Positions 13,751 to 25,280 of a stretch of DNA of 64,000 bases are shown one piece after another; within the stretch, counting starts at the first letter, position 1; the number at the start of each line of letters is the position of its first letter. The stretch comes from Eledone cirrhosa (taxonomy: Eukaryota): contig OZ024743.1 in assembly GCA_964016885.1 (NCBI GenBank), positions 193,440,001 through 193,504,000 on the forward strand, given 5' to 3'. The translations under genes and the position numbers were made by a program. The notes beneath the pieces were generated by a model. The model saw only the letters and a list, made by a program, of their open reading frames with translations. It was not told the origin of the DNA and did no database searches.

Positions 13751-14540
13751 CAGTCAATGGAGAGGTGTGGCTTGAGAAAAGATATTATCTGGATCTTGAT
13801 GTCAAGCAGATTTATTAACCTGGGTGCCATGGCCTGGCTGTGGCAGTGTCGTAACGACCACCAGTGATGGCCACAGCCAGTCATTGGCTGTCAAATTTTA
13901 GAGACCAGCAGAGTGAGAGTGAGAAAGGCTACTGAGATTGGCTTAATTACCTTTGGTTTCACATAGCTATTTCTGGTGATATTATTGCTAATTTAGCCTG
14001 AGTTTTGTACCCCTTCTATAATTTTAGAATGAGCTTTCTTATATCATAAATGCAGAACAGTTTCATGCACTTTGGTATGAAAAGGGTTAATGTGGTCACT
14101 GAAATGGATTATTTTTTAAATTGATTATTAAATAATAAAATAACGTAAATAACATTACAAATATATTGTTATATATGTTAGATAATATATATATACATAA
14201 ATAACATTAAAAATTGCTCACAATTCTTCCAGAATAACATTACAAATATAATGTTGTTGATAAACACAAATATAAACACATATAACAAATACAATTAATC
14301 ATTGCGAGGAACCTCACAAAAAACAATGCATCAAAATATATGACTAGCTTGCCTTACTGAGGCGTCAAATGATGCCCATGAGGGTGCCTGGTTGTTTCAG
14401 TACCTTAGCCTCACTATCACTGGTAATATGATAGTAAAGCACTGAAACAACCAGGTACTTAGTTTAGAAAAATATTTAGACAAATATAAAAAGGAAATAG
14501 TGAAAATATTCTTATTTTGATATGCAATTTTATTCCACAG

Positions 14541-14679
14541 CTCCTACCAATATAACTAGTGATGGCTTTTTCTATGCTGGTCGTCTGAAAATGGATGAAG
14601 AATTTAAGTCTTTAGATGAACTAGGTTCTCAGAAAATGAAAGACCGCAAAGCCATTATTGTTGTTAATACAAAATTTGA
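14541..14679 (+). CDS. ARMC3: ARMC3 coding exon (start of EDR1-like domain)
   Basis: APTNITSDGFFYAGRLKMDEEFKSLDELGSQKMKDRKAIIVVNTKF ('DGFYD.G'-like motif); CAG/GTAAG. Confidence 0.92.
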
Positions 14680-15705
14680 GTAAGTATAGCAGAACAAATG
14701 ATATTCATTGTATTTGTGCTTGAAATGTTAATAATGGTGTAATTGTATAAACATTATCAAGTAGTAATGGGGTTTCCTTTAGATGTTCAGTGTCATAGGG
14801 CAGTTGAATGTTTCATGTCATTCAGAGACAGTCATATATATATAATGATGTCGACGCGATGGTCCTGGTTAGTCAAATTTTTCCTGAATTCAGTCTCTTT
14901 CGTGGCTATGGTCACTGCGGCCCTTCTATCGGTCGCTGTCTTCATTTTTTTGCAAAGCTGTCTAAACGTAATGTTATAACTCTAGGGTTATATACCCTAT
15001 CGAGTGCTTAGTTGCACACCGAAACTGCAATCGTTAGCTTGGCTGCAACCATGGCTTCGTTGATGCTGTACTAAATTTTGTATTATTATCTCCTAGAACT
15101 AACCATTAATTGATTAATTTAATTAGACAATTCTATTGATCGATTAATGGTTTATGTTTGTTTGATAACTTCTAGTTGAGTGCTTAGTTCGGTTTGTGTA
15201 AGGGAATCTTTATTCATTGTTCCAAATTTTGAATTGACCGCCAAAATCAGGGGTTACCTCCCTTTGGGAAAACCATGTGTTTGCTAGCAGCGCTTACTCT
15301 AGCATAAAACACCCGAGCGGACTAGAACGAAAAACTTGTTGACGAAGTAAAACTCCATTGTTCTATCTTCAAAAACCATTAACTTGCAGACCCCTGCAAG
15401 TGGATTTTGTTGATTTCGGATTTACAGAAACCTAGCGGAGATATTGTGGATTACATGTGATGTATGTTATATGGTATATATTATATGTATTATGTGTTAT
15501 GTATGTTGTCGACGTGATGGTCCAGGTTAGTCAAATTTTTCCTGAATTCAGTCACTGCGGCCCTTCTATCGGTTGGTGTTTTCATTTTGCCTTCATATAA
15601 CCTATTGAGTGCTTAGCTGCACATCGAAACTGTATTCGTTAGCTTGGCTGCAACCATGGCTTCGTTGATGCTGTACTAAATTTTGTATATATATATACAT
15701 ATCAG

Positions 15706-15757
15706 GGCTTTCGTGATGATTTCTTTTGAATGAAACAGTTCAGGTCCTGTAGAAGCC
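15706..15757 (+). ncRNA. degenerate hammerhead (family 1)
   Basis: Same layout as 17914-17964 but core reads GUGAUGA; stem I GGCUU../GAAGCC. Confidence 0.5.
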
Positions 15758-16027
15758 ATTTCTATACAAAAAATTTTCCTGAGTTCAGTTTTTTTTGTTG
15801 CTATGGCAATGCAGCCAGACTGTCGGTCGCTATATTTGATTTGCAAAGCTCTCTAAACTTATTGTTATAACTCTGGGGTAATATTCTCCATCGAGTGCTA
15901 AGCTGCATTCCGAATCTGCATTCATTAGCTTGGCCGCCGCCAAAAGCTTCGTTGATGCTGTACTAAAATTTGTATATATATATATATATGAGGGTGTTAA
16001 AGTTTGCTTGAAGCATTGTGAAATGTG

Positions 16028-16503
16028 TAAAATACGTAGTTAAGAAAGCCACAACAATGCAGAGGGAAATCTCAAGGTAGGAAGTGAATGATAGATAGGA
16101 GAAACAGGTGAAAGTGAAAATTGAGAGAGACAAAGATGAAAACAAAACAAAGGTAGAAGGGTTACCGTAGTGGAGATTTAATCCCAATATTTCGAGCTCA
16201 CGCCCATCAACGGGGGAAAATTCCAAAAGAGGGGGAACAGGCCAAGCGGAGAAAGTTGTGATGTCGTTAAGACAGGAATGCCAACCATGCCCCCCCCCCC
16301 CCCCTTTTGGAATTTTCCCCCGTTGATGGGCGTGAGCCCGAAATATTGGGATTAAATCTCCACTACGGTAACCCTTCTACCTTTGTTTTGTTTTCATCTT
16401 TGTCTCTCTCAATTTTCACTTTCACCTGTTTCTCCTATCTATCATTCACTTCCTACCTCGAGATTTCCCTCTGCATTGTTGTGGCTTTCTTAACTACGTA
16501 TTT

Positions 16504-16505
<2 letters not shown>
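16028..16505. repeat. inverted repeat, 202-bp arms
   Basis: 16028-16229 vs 16304-16505, two mismatches seen; explains the twin ORFs 15963-16226(-) and 16307-16582(+). Confidence 0.95.
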
Positions 16506-16585
<80 letters not shown>

Positions 16586-17338
16586 TTCTAAATGCTTCCA
16601 CTTCAGACTAAACTAAAGCTGGCACACTTTAAAATTAACACCCTAGACAAATTAACCCATTAGCAATGTATACTTCTCCAAGATTCCAGAAACCTCTGAC
16701 AACTATATAATGCAGACCAAGCAACCACATAGAGATACCCAAATCAGCTAGCCCTGGAGGGCTTCCATGAAGATAATCGGATAAATGGAAGCATTCAGGT
16801 GTCAAACTAAATGCTTTACATTCCCCTGAATCTGGAAGTTTCTGCTGAAGATAGAATGGGTATTCCAGTGGCTCTGAACCTCTTTTTGTGGCAAAACTTT
16901 CTCCATTCCTCTAAATCTGAAATTTCTGTTAGGGATGGAATTAGTATTTCAATAACTCTGAATCTTCTTTGTGACAAAAAAAAAAACAAGGTCAATGTTG
17001 ATGATTTCTTCTAAGAAAATATACCAAGTAGATATTTTCAGAAGTAATTAACCCCTTCAAACCAATCCCAGCTGGAACTTGTATCCACTCCTCAAAGGGT
17101 CTCTCACAGCAGTCTGCCAACACAACTATCCCCCCTTCTTCTACCCTCTTCTACTACCAGTCACAACCAAGCTATAAGCAGAGAAGGATGGACAGAGAAA
17201 TGAACTCTCTTCTCTTATTTAATTATTATTATTATCACTATTTTTACAAATATGCAACTTAACAATATTCTGCATATCCGCAATTGACAATGCATATAAT
17301 GCTGAAACCGGTATTGTAAATAAATTAATGTTGTGATA

Positions 17339-17712
17339 TGGAGGCACATGGCTTAGTGGTTAGAGCAATCGAAAGGTTGTGAGTTCAATTCTCAGACCGG
17401 GTGATGTGTTGTTTCCTTGAGCAGGACACATTATTTCACATTGCTCCAGTTTACTCAGCTGTAGAAATGAGATGATAGGACTGGGGTCCCTATCATTCCA
17501 CTGCAAAGTGGTCATAGAGGTGCCACGGCAAAAAAGCACCCAGCCCACACTGTAAAGTGGACGTGGAGGAGCCACGGAAAAAAAGCACCCACCACTCACT
17601 GTAAATGAGGTTGGTGTTAGGAAGGGCATCCAGATGTAGAAATCAAGCCAGAATCAGTTCCCGTCCCACCCATGCAAGCAGGGAAAAGCGGACGTAAAAT
17701 GATGATGATGAT
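17339..17712 (+). mobile_element. composite SINE: tRNA-like head + RTE-type 3' tail
   Basis: Head as in family B; tail GTTGGTGTTAGGAAGGGCATCCAG...(GAT)n shared with RTE 3' UTR; copies 5748-6068, 26823-27168, 50061-50406 (all -). Confidence 0.8.
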
Positions 17713-17814
17713 ATCTCACTGAAAAAAATCTCTTCAACATTTTCTACTGAAAAAATCTTTTTCCTTTCTACTATTTGTTTATATATATCAACCCGTGGGT
17801 TACTTTTCTACATT

Positions 17815-17855
<41 letters not shown>

Positions 17856-17859
<4 letters not shown>

Positions 17860-17976
17860 TATAGAAAAGCTTCTACAGGACTAGAACTGTTTCATTCATG
17901 AGAAATCATCATGAGCTTCCTGATGATTTCTCATGAATGAAACAGTTCTAGTCCTGTAGAAGCTTTTCTATATTAA
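17856..17976. repeat. perfect inverted repeat, 56-bp arms
   Basis: 17856-17911 is the reverse complement of 17921-17976. Confidence 0.95.
17914..17964 (+). ncRNA. type I hammerhead ribozyme (family 1)
   Basis: Stem I AGCUUC/GAAGCU; CUGAUGA 17920-26; stem II UUC/GAA with U.U closing pair; GAAA; stem III ACAG/CUGU; GUA cleavage after 17958. Confidence 0.75.
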
Positions 17977-18352
17977 AACATTTATACTCTGCTATGTATT
18001 GAGTACCTTACTTACTGTGGTTACCCCCGATTCAACCCGGAATAACTTATATATATATAACAGTCAATCGACAAGGTCCCAGACCTCATTCACTTAACAA
18101 ATGAAACAATCTTCCTCTTCTTCTTCTTGCTGCTGCTTTTGCTGCTGTTGCTACTACTACTACTACTACTACTACTACTGCTACTGCTGCTGCTGCTACT
18201 GCTGCTGCTACTACTATTACTACTGCTACTACTACTACTACTACTACCCTCACCACTATTACTGTAATGACCTTCTGCTACTTGTGTGTTGTACAATATT
18301 TCTGACTTGTTATGTCTTGTTCAGTAGATAACTATGATATTTCTCTTTGTAG

Positions 18353-18427
18353 GACTCAGACAAAAGAAGAGGAAAAACGGGAAGAGTGTCACACCTCACA
18401 ACTGGTTAGGATACTTAAAATAAAAAT
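18353..18427 (+). CDS. ARMC3: ARMC3 coding exon (charged linker)
   Basis: TQTKEEEKREECHTSQLVRILKIK; TAG acceptor; the GTAAG donor at 18428 gives the phase needed by the next exon. Confidence 0.75.
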
Positions 18428-19586
18428 GTAAGCATTCATGATTAAATATTGTGGAGGTGCGTGGCCAGTGGTAAGGGTGTTGGACTTATGATCATAATGT
18501 TGTGGGTTTGATTCCAGGGTTGGGTTGCATGTTGTGTTCTTGAGCAAAACACTTCATTTCATGTTGCTCCAGTGTACTTAGCTGAAAATGAGTACCAGAA
18601 ATAGTTGGTGGTTTAACCCTGAGATGGACAGGTGTCCTCTCCAGGGGAGAGTCTTGTACTCTCAGTTGCTTCACAACATGAAACTGGTATAAGTACCCTC
18701 CTAACGAGCCTTCTGACTTAAGACAGACTTTATATGATTAACGCATTAGCATTTAAACCAGCCGTATCCGGCCATTATTCTCTCACCTCTTTCTGTTCAA
18801 ACCGGCTGTAACCGGCCACTCATACTTATGTTTAGGTATTGTTCTCAAAATAAATAATATCAAAATCTCCTAGATTCAATATTATGTGAGATAATTATGT
18901 GAGATAAAGCCTTTACCATGAAAATATAATAGTAAATATAGAGTAATGTAAATGCTAAAGAGTTAAATATAACAAGGCATTCTGTATGACACACTAATGA
19001 TTCTGCACTTTCATCATCCTTATTGAGCAATGAATATTGATTTCTAATTTAGGCACAGAGCCAGCAAATATTTGGGGAGGGGTAAAGTTGATTAAATCAA
19101 CCCAGTACTTAACTGGTATTTTATTTTATCAACCTGGAAGAATGATCTTGATAACTGACTGTAGAGAGTTCTACATCTCATAATGGTTTTGATAACTAAT
19201 TGTAGAGTTGTTAATAAGTGAACTGTAAAAATAGATTTTCAAATCTTGTACCACAAAAATTTCACACGTCTAGGGTTTATATCAATTTTAAGTAGAATCC
19301 CTGTTTTGATTGAAGTGAGAACATTTTAAGTTCTTTTGAGTGGGTGAGAGGGAATATGAAAATTCTTTTTGTCATATCTGACACAAATCTAAGGCAGTTT
19401 CTAGTGGTTTGGTATGAAAAGGGTGTATTGATTGATAGGTGGAAACAGCTTAACCCTTTGACCCTATTATCTCACATAATGAATCATAAATTTGTTTTAT
19501 AGCCTGTATTCCTTTATTTTTGAGTTATCTCCCTTCTTATTTGTACTTGTTAGTGGATGTTGAACATTTTGAAAAATTCATTTTAG

Positions 19587-19802
19587 GCGGGCACGAACTC
19601 ATAAAGATCGATATGACAAGACTAAAGAGGATGAAGAATCTTCTACAATAACTGGTGACGAAAAATCCGTGATAGGATCGGAGAGTGAAGAAAAGAATTT
19701 TGTCCTACCTGAAGATCCTGAGCTATGTACTTATGTAGAGGAAGTGATTAAAGATGTTTCTAATGTGAATAGCATTCAAGAACAAATCATTACATTAGCA
19801 AA
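19587..19802 (+). CDS. ARMC3: ARMC3 coding exon
   Basis: RARTHKDRYDK...FVLPEDPELCTYVEEVIKDVSNVNSIQEQIITLA; TAG/GTAAG. Confidence 0.9.
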
Positions 19803-19819
19803 GTAAGTGGTGGAAATAT

Positions 19820-20270
19820 TATCTTCTTCTTCTTGCTCTTGCTCAACGAAGCCAAGATCATCAGAAGCATAATGGTGCTTAGAGCTGACCAGAACCACCA
19901 GTGCCCTCCATCACTGGTGGTTCTGTGCCAGCTCTTCTGCATCCGCCAAGCTGATGTTGAGCCCCCGGAGATCTTCCCTGATGACATCCAGCCATGTGAT
20001 GCAGGGCCTGCCACAGGGTATCTTCCAACCTGCAGCCACTGTATCAAACGTGAGTAAGGCCCTGGTAGGATGATCTGATGGAAAGTGGAGGACATGTCCG
20101 TACTAGTGCATGTGGTGGATAGCTATGAGACGGGAAGCTGTGGGGTGATGCATGGGTGCATACAACACCTTCTTGGAAACGTGGTGGTGCATCTGATGTT
20201 TTTGATGGTCTTCAGCTCTCTGCTATCAAAGTTGTCGATCCTCTTTGCCAGTGTCTTTGTGAGGAGGAGA
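19820..20270 (-). mobile_element. degraded RTE-like LINE 3' fragment (different family)
   Basis: Frameshifted 'GRPRITWLD..REDL..WR..V'-type RTE C-terminus; (GAA)n-like tail. Confidence 0.55.
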
Positions 20271-21169
20271 ATGGAGATATTATTGATTTCAAATTTAGGC
20301 ATAAGGCTAGCAGATTTAGGGTGAAGGGCAAGGTTGATTAAATTAACCCCTGTACATGACTGGGTCTTTATTTTAACAATCCTGCAAGAATGAAAGACAA
20401 ATTTGGGGCAAGGTCAGATTCAATGGGGAAAGGGGGTAGGGGTCAATTGTCCTGGGGCGCCTGCAATGGGGGGGGGGGCTCAGTAGCAACGACCATAGAA
20501 ATTTATTTGTGCCCTCATACAGTGGAACCTTGGTTCACAAACTTAATCCATTCCTGAAGGACGTTCATCACCTGAAATATTTGTAAATCGAAACTATTTT
20601 TCCCATGTGAAATCTTGAGAGAGAAATACAGTGATAGAGAGAGACTGAGTGTGAAAGACAGAGATAGATATATTCCCGGCAATATTCCAAGCTTGTTGCC
20701 AGCCATTGTTGCCAGCTTGCTTGTTCATTACTCAAGATACCGTTCATGAACCGAAAAGTTTTATGTTTGGAAAAATTGTTCATGATGAACTGAGGTTCCT
20801 CTGTATAAACGATTTGGCCCTTTTGTATTGGAATTGATTCTCTTTCTCCATTCTGTAGAGAAGGATAGAGAGGATGAAAGAGTGGAAGAGAGAGGATGTG
20901 AGAAAAAGAGAAAGAGAGTAAAATAGAGAAAGGTAATATGTTCTAAAATATATTGTTACTTCCATATTACACCTGGGAATTTCCAGGTACTCCTAATAGT
21001 ACATATATATAAGATGGAAAAGTGATTAATTGAATGAGAGAATGAAAGTGATAATGGAGAAAAGGGAAGATGTTGGGGGGGGGGGGGCGATATTTATGTT
21101 ATGCATTTTTAAAGCTAGAGGTAGTGCAGTTACACATTTTAAACTTTTGAATTAAATTTATTTCTTCAG

Positions 21170-21332
21170 ATTTGTTTCAAATAAGATGGGTGGAGCTATT
21201 TCTCGAGAACAAGTAAAAAACTTCAGTTGGGAGTTACCTCTTGCCATGCTTCAACACGAATATGCCTCAAATATTGTCTCAATTGGGTCAATTAAATTTG
21301 GTAACCAATTCCACAGAGCTTTGCTATATAAG
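21170..21332 (+). CDS. ARMC3: ARMC3 coding exon (EDR1-like domain)
   Basis: FVSNKMGGAISREQVKNFSWELPLAMLQHEYASNIVSIGSIKFGNQFHRALLYK ('KMGG...HRALLFK' EDR1 motif); CAG/GTATT. Confidence 0.94.
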
Positions 21333-21401
21333 GTATTTGATGCAATAAATCCTGTTTTGTGATAGTGGTGTGGCAGTGCCACAATAAAATACACCTGGGA
21401 C

Positions 21402-22026
21402 CAGGGCTGGATTTAATGGGGAACACATAACAGCTAATGTATTGGCAGCAGTTGCCTAAATGGTAGAGTTTTCATGAGACAACAGACTTATCAACATCTT
21501 CTCTACTTCTAGTTCATGTAATATTTTACGACTCTCAGTTACAAAATAATTCATGAAGCATTAATAATTGTGAAGGTGTGTGACTTTGTGGTTAGGGTAT
21601 TTGGTTTATAATCATAAAGTTGTGAGTTCACTTCCTGGTGGCGTGTTGTGTCCATGAGCAAAACTCTTTATTTCACGTTGCTCCACTCCACTCAGCTGAT
21701 AAAAATGAGTTGTACTTGTAATTTGAATGGCCAGCCTTGTCACATTCTGTGTCACGCTGAATCTTACCGCGAACTATGTTAAGGGTATGCATGTATGTGG
21801 ATTGCTCAGCCACTTACACATTAATTTCATGAGCAGGCTGTTCTGTTGATAAGATCAACAGGAACACTCATCATTGTAACCGACTGAGTGCCTTCTTTCT
21901 TTAATAGATGTTAGCCTCTCATTGGCTACATGTATTCTTTAGTTATTGAATTATCAAAGTGTTGGGAGCCAGGGCTGGATTTAATGGGGGGCAAAGGGGG
22001 CCTCCCAAAGTCTAAATCCAACCCTG
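21402..22026. mobile_element. hAT-like non-autonomous DNA element carrying a captured ARMC3 exon fragment
   Basis: TIRs CAGGGCTGGATTTA / TAAATCCAACCCTG; degenerate 8-bp TSD CCTGGGAC / CCTGGAAG; related ends near 2645-2676, 20409-20460, 29921-29968. Confidence 0.7.
21423..21571 (-). pseudogene. inverted duplicate of ARMC3 2741-2889 (acceptor + 116 nt of exon)
   Basis: 110/116 identical over the exon part; acceptor AG->AA and in-frame CAG->TAG; upstream intron copy continues at 21909-21999 after a SINE. Confidence 0.92.
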
Positions 22027-22374
22027 CCTGGAAGTGTTTGGCATTTGGAAGGGCATTCAGCCATAGAAACTATGCCAAAAAATGAAACATATGTGCAAGA
22101 TGCAGTTGTTTGATATGTCTGGATTCAGAACTCTACATCTTGTCTAACTCCTGCAATTATGGAAAATAGGTGCAAAATGGCAGCAGCAGCTGATGATGAC
22201 AATGATGATGGTGACAATGATAACAATTATTAGTGTATAAACTAAATTGTTTATGGGATTATATTTCAAGAGTAAGAGTAAGGCGTAAGAAATATGCAAA
22301 TGTATATTTTCCATATTTCAAAACATAAAATAAAAAATTGTGGTCTAATATTTGTTTTTCTTTTGTGACTTTAG

Positions 22375-22500
22375 GTATTAGCTGATCGTGTCCTTATAAG
22401 GTGCTCTCTTGTACATGGCGATTTCTTCAAGGCATGGAATATTGTGATGCTTGAAAATAATGAACAAGAAACTTTACATGAAAAACATACTGAAGAAAAG
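22375..22500 (+). CDS. ARMC3: ARMC3 coding exon (EDR1-like domain)
   Basis: VLADRVLIRCSLVHGDFFKAWNIVML...EEK; TAG/GTGAG. Confidence 0.93.
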
Positions 22501-23712
22501 GTGAGATAGCCAAATTACATAATATGTAATCCTTTAGCATTTACATTACTATATGTTTACTATTATATTTTCATGGTAAAGGCTATACCTCACATAATTA
22601 TCTCACTTAATATCGAATCTATGAGATTTTGATATTATTTATTTTAAGAATAATACATTAACATCAGTATGAGTGGTTAGTTACAGCCAGTTTGAACAGA
22701 AAGATAGGATAGAATTCTAGCTGGAAACGGCTGGTTTAGATGCTAAAGGGTTAAGAGAAAATCTCCAGGTTTATCCAGTTTACCACTGAAGCCTATAAGG
22801 AAGCCTCAATGTGGTTACCTAATTTGCTAGAAATAGCAGCCAAATTACACCCTAATGTTAAAAAGCACTCAGTCCACTTTATACAGGGGTTGTACTGGTT
22901 CCATGACAAAAAGCACCCTGCAAATCGGTCACACTGGCATCATGACAAAAAAGCACCTCGTTCACCTTGTTAGGTGGTTGTACAGGTGCCATGATGAAAA
23001 GCACCCAGTCCACTCTGTATGGTGGTTGTGCTGGTGCTATGACAAAAAACAATTGGTCTACCCAGTAAAATGGTTGCACAAGGTGCCATGATGAAAAGCA
23101 CCCAACCCATTCTGTAAACTGGTAGTGATGGTGCCATGAAAAAAGCAATACATGCTGTAATGTGGTTGGCATTAGGAAAGGCATCTAACCATAGAAAACA
23201 GCCAAAAAACAGTGTATGAGCAAGACATGGTCACCTGACCTGGCTAGCCTCATAACATGACATGAATATTAATTAAAATATGGATGAGCTGAGAGGGAGA
23301 GAAACTGTGTATAAGAGGAATCAAATGTAGTGTGCAAGAGAGAAAACTGCACTGGTATGGCCATGTGATGTGTTTGGAAAATGATAGTTGGATGAAGAAA
23401 TGCCTGGAGTTCCAAGTAGAAGTAAGTTACAGCAGAAAAAGACCAAGGAAAATCTGGGCAGTGGAGATGAAAGAACACATCATGTGGAGGGATGTTGTGC
23501 TGGAAAAGACATGTCCAACTTATTCAAACATGGAAAAGTGTATGTAAAAAGGAGGGAGGGGTGGAGGGGGAGAAAGAGCATGACGGCAGATTGAGTGTTT
23601 TAGGTTTTGGAATAAAAAATGGAATGCAGATATTAAATTTTATTCTGTAGAAATACCGAAGATAGCAGCAATGTCTAAAACATACACTGTCGACATTTTA
23701 TTTCTTTTTCAG

Positions 23713-23820
23713 AAGAAGGAAATTTTACCTCTGAAAACCTACATTGTTGATCTCATTCACGATCCTGGTCAACTCATTTTAGTTGACACTCCAGAGGCAA
23801 TACGTTATTGTACGATGTAA
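23713..23820 (+). CDS. ARMC3: ARMC3 terminal coding exon
   Basis: KKEILPLKTYIVDLIHDPGQLILVDTPEAIRYCTM* ('YIVDL...PG.L' EDR1 end); stop TAA 23818-23820. Confidence 0.92.
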   Translation, partial: KKEILPLKTYIVDLIHDPGQLILVDTPEAIRYCTM

Positions 23821-23834
23821 TTCTTTGTTTTGGA

Positions 23835-23840
23835 AATAAA
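23835..23840 (+). promoter_or_regulatory. candidate polyadenylation signal of ARMC3
   Basis: AATAAA 15 nt after the stop; the region is AT-rich, so later signals are also possible. Confidence 0.35.
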
Positions 23841-24574
23841 ATACCTACTAAGTAGCATAATTTCATGTATATTTATATATATATTTCAAAAGTAAAAGAT
23901 GTATATATATATAGAGAGAGAGCTATATATCCAAGAGAATACATAATATATTGTATATATACAATGCACATATTTCAAAGAAAAATATGTACTGTAGATG
24001 TAGTCAATAGAATTCCCTATAGCTATATTTTGTGTTTAGTAAACTGCAACCTAAAATCGATCTATGTAATTGATTATCGATCACAAACTATGGATTTTGG
24101 TTAAGTTAAGGGAGATGCTAAACAGTACTTTCTTGTGTATAAAAGAGTCACCACGTAAAAAATTAGAATTTAGATTTGGTAAGCAAAGGAAAACAGAAAT
24201 ATTTAGAGAACGAGTAACAGTATGAGAATTAGATAATCAAAATACAATTATATACATTGACCTGAAGCTACAAAAAGACGAATTCTATAAGGAAGTTACT
24301 TCACTATCATAGAAAGGAAAATAAAATTCAATAAAAAGTTTGTCGGTAACAAAATAAAAAGCAAGGGAGATAATTAAAACGGGTAAATAAAAGAGTCTTC
24401 TCCCCTATTTACATATTTTTTATTTAGTTTTGTTTCTTAAAGAAATAAACGAATACATACATGCTCTCCATACGTAGATTACAGTTAGCGTGTAGATTGG
24501 CAGGATTAGTAGACTGTCGAAATAAAGTTTCATTAAATATATAAATAAATAACATTACAAATTGAAAATATAAA

Positions 24575-25265
24575 TGTGGGGGTCATTGCTTCCGCTGCCG
24601 AACCGAATAAAATTCGGAAAAACCTGGACTTATCAAATAATTATCTTTTCCAACCTGTGCCGTTCGAGACGTTTAGTGGAGTTGGGTTGCTGACAGCGAG
24701 GTTCTTGTCATCACTGGCAGCTCACCTTACTGATGTTTCAGCTGATGCACGTGTGGATGCCCGGTTGTTTCAGTGCCTTAGTCTCGCCATCACCCGTGGT
24801 AATACTTGTTTCTACTTTAGGCACAAGGCCAGCAATTACCCAGTGCATTACTGGTACTTTATTTTATCGACCCCGTAAGGATGAAAGGCAAAGTCAACCT
24901 CGGCGGGATTTGAACTCAGATCGTAAAGGGACGTAACTATGCTTGAAAGCATGGCGTCCGACCCTCTACCGATACCGCCATTCCACCGCCCTCACCCGTG
25001 GTAATACTGCGAGCGTGTTGGCTTGCCTGAAAGTGTTAGTTAACCCCAAAGGTGTGAGGTGCGGCCGATTGTCGCACTTGGTGGTGAATTGTGCCCCCCC
25101 CTTTCCTTTATCATTATTGTTCAATGATTATATTATATTTTTATACACGGCTTAGACATTATATTTGTAATGTTTTTCTCAACGAATTGCTATCAATTTA
25201 TAATGTTATTTACGCATTTGTAATGTTATTCAACTGTAAATTTATACAATTGTAAATAAAGCCTT
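24575..25265 (+). mobile_element. CRE-like non-LTR retrotransposon 3' fragment (restriction-like endonuclease C-terminus), interrupted by a SINE
   Basis: AEPNKIRK..YLFQPVPFETFSGVG..LFQCLSLAITRGNTASVL matches the 'F.P.A.ET.G..G...QRLS.AI.RGN' CRE-type end. Confidence 0.65.
24807..24991 (-). mobile_element. tRNA-derived SINE family A with 17-bp TSD
   Basis: B-box GTTCAAATCC; TSD TCACCCGTGGTAATACT at 24790-24806 and 24992-25008. Confidence 0.85.
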
Positions 25266-25280
25266 TGTTATTATATATAT

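Noticed and set aside
18404-18410. Alternative donor CTG|GTTAGG in the ARMC3 linker exon
   Set aside because: Gives the wrong phase for the next exon; the donor at 18428 fits
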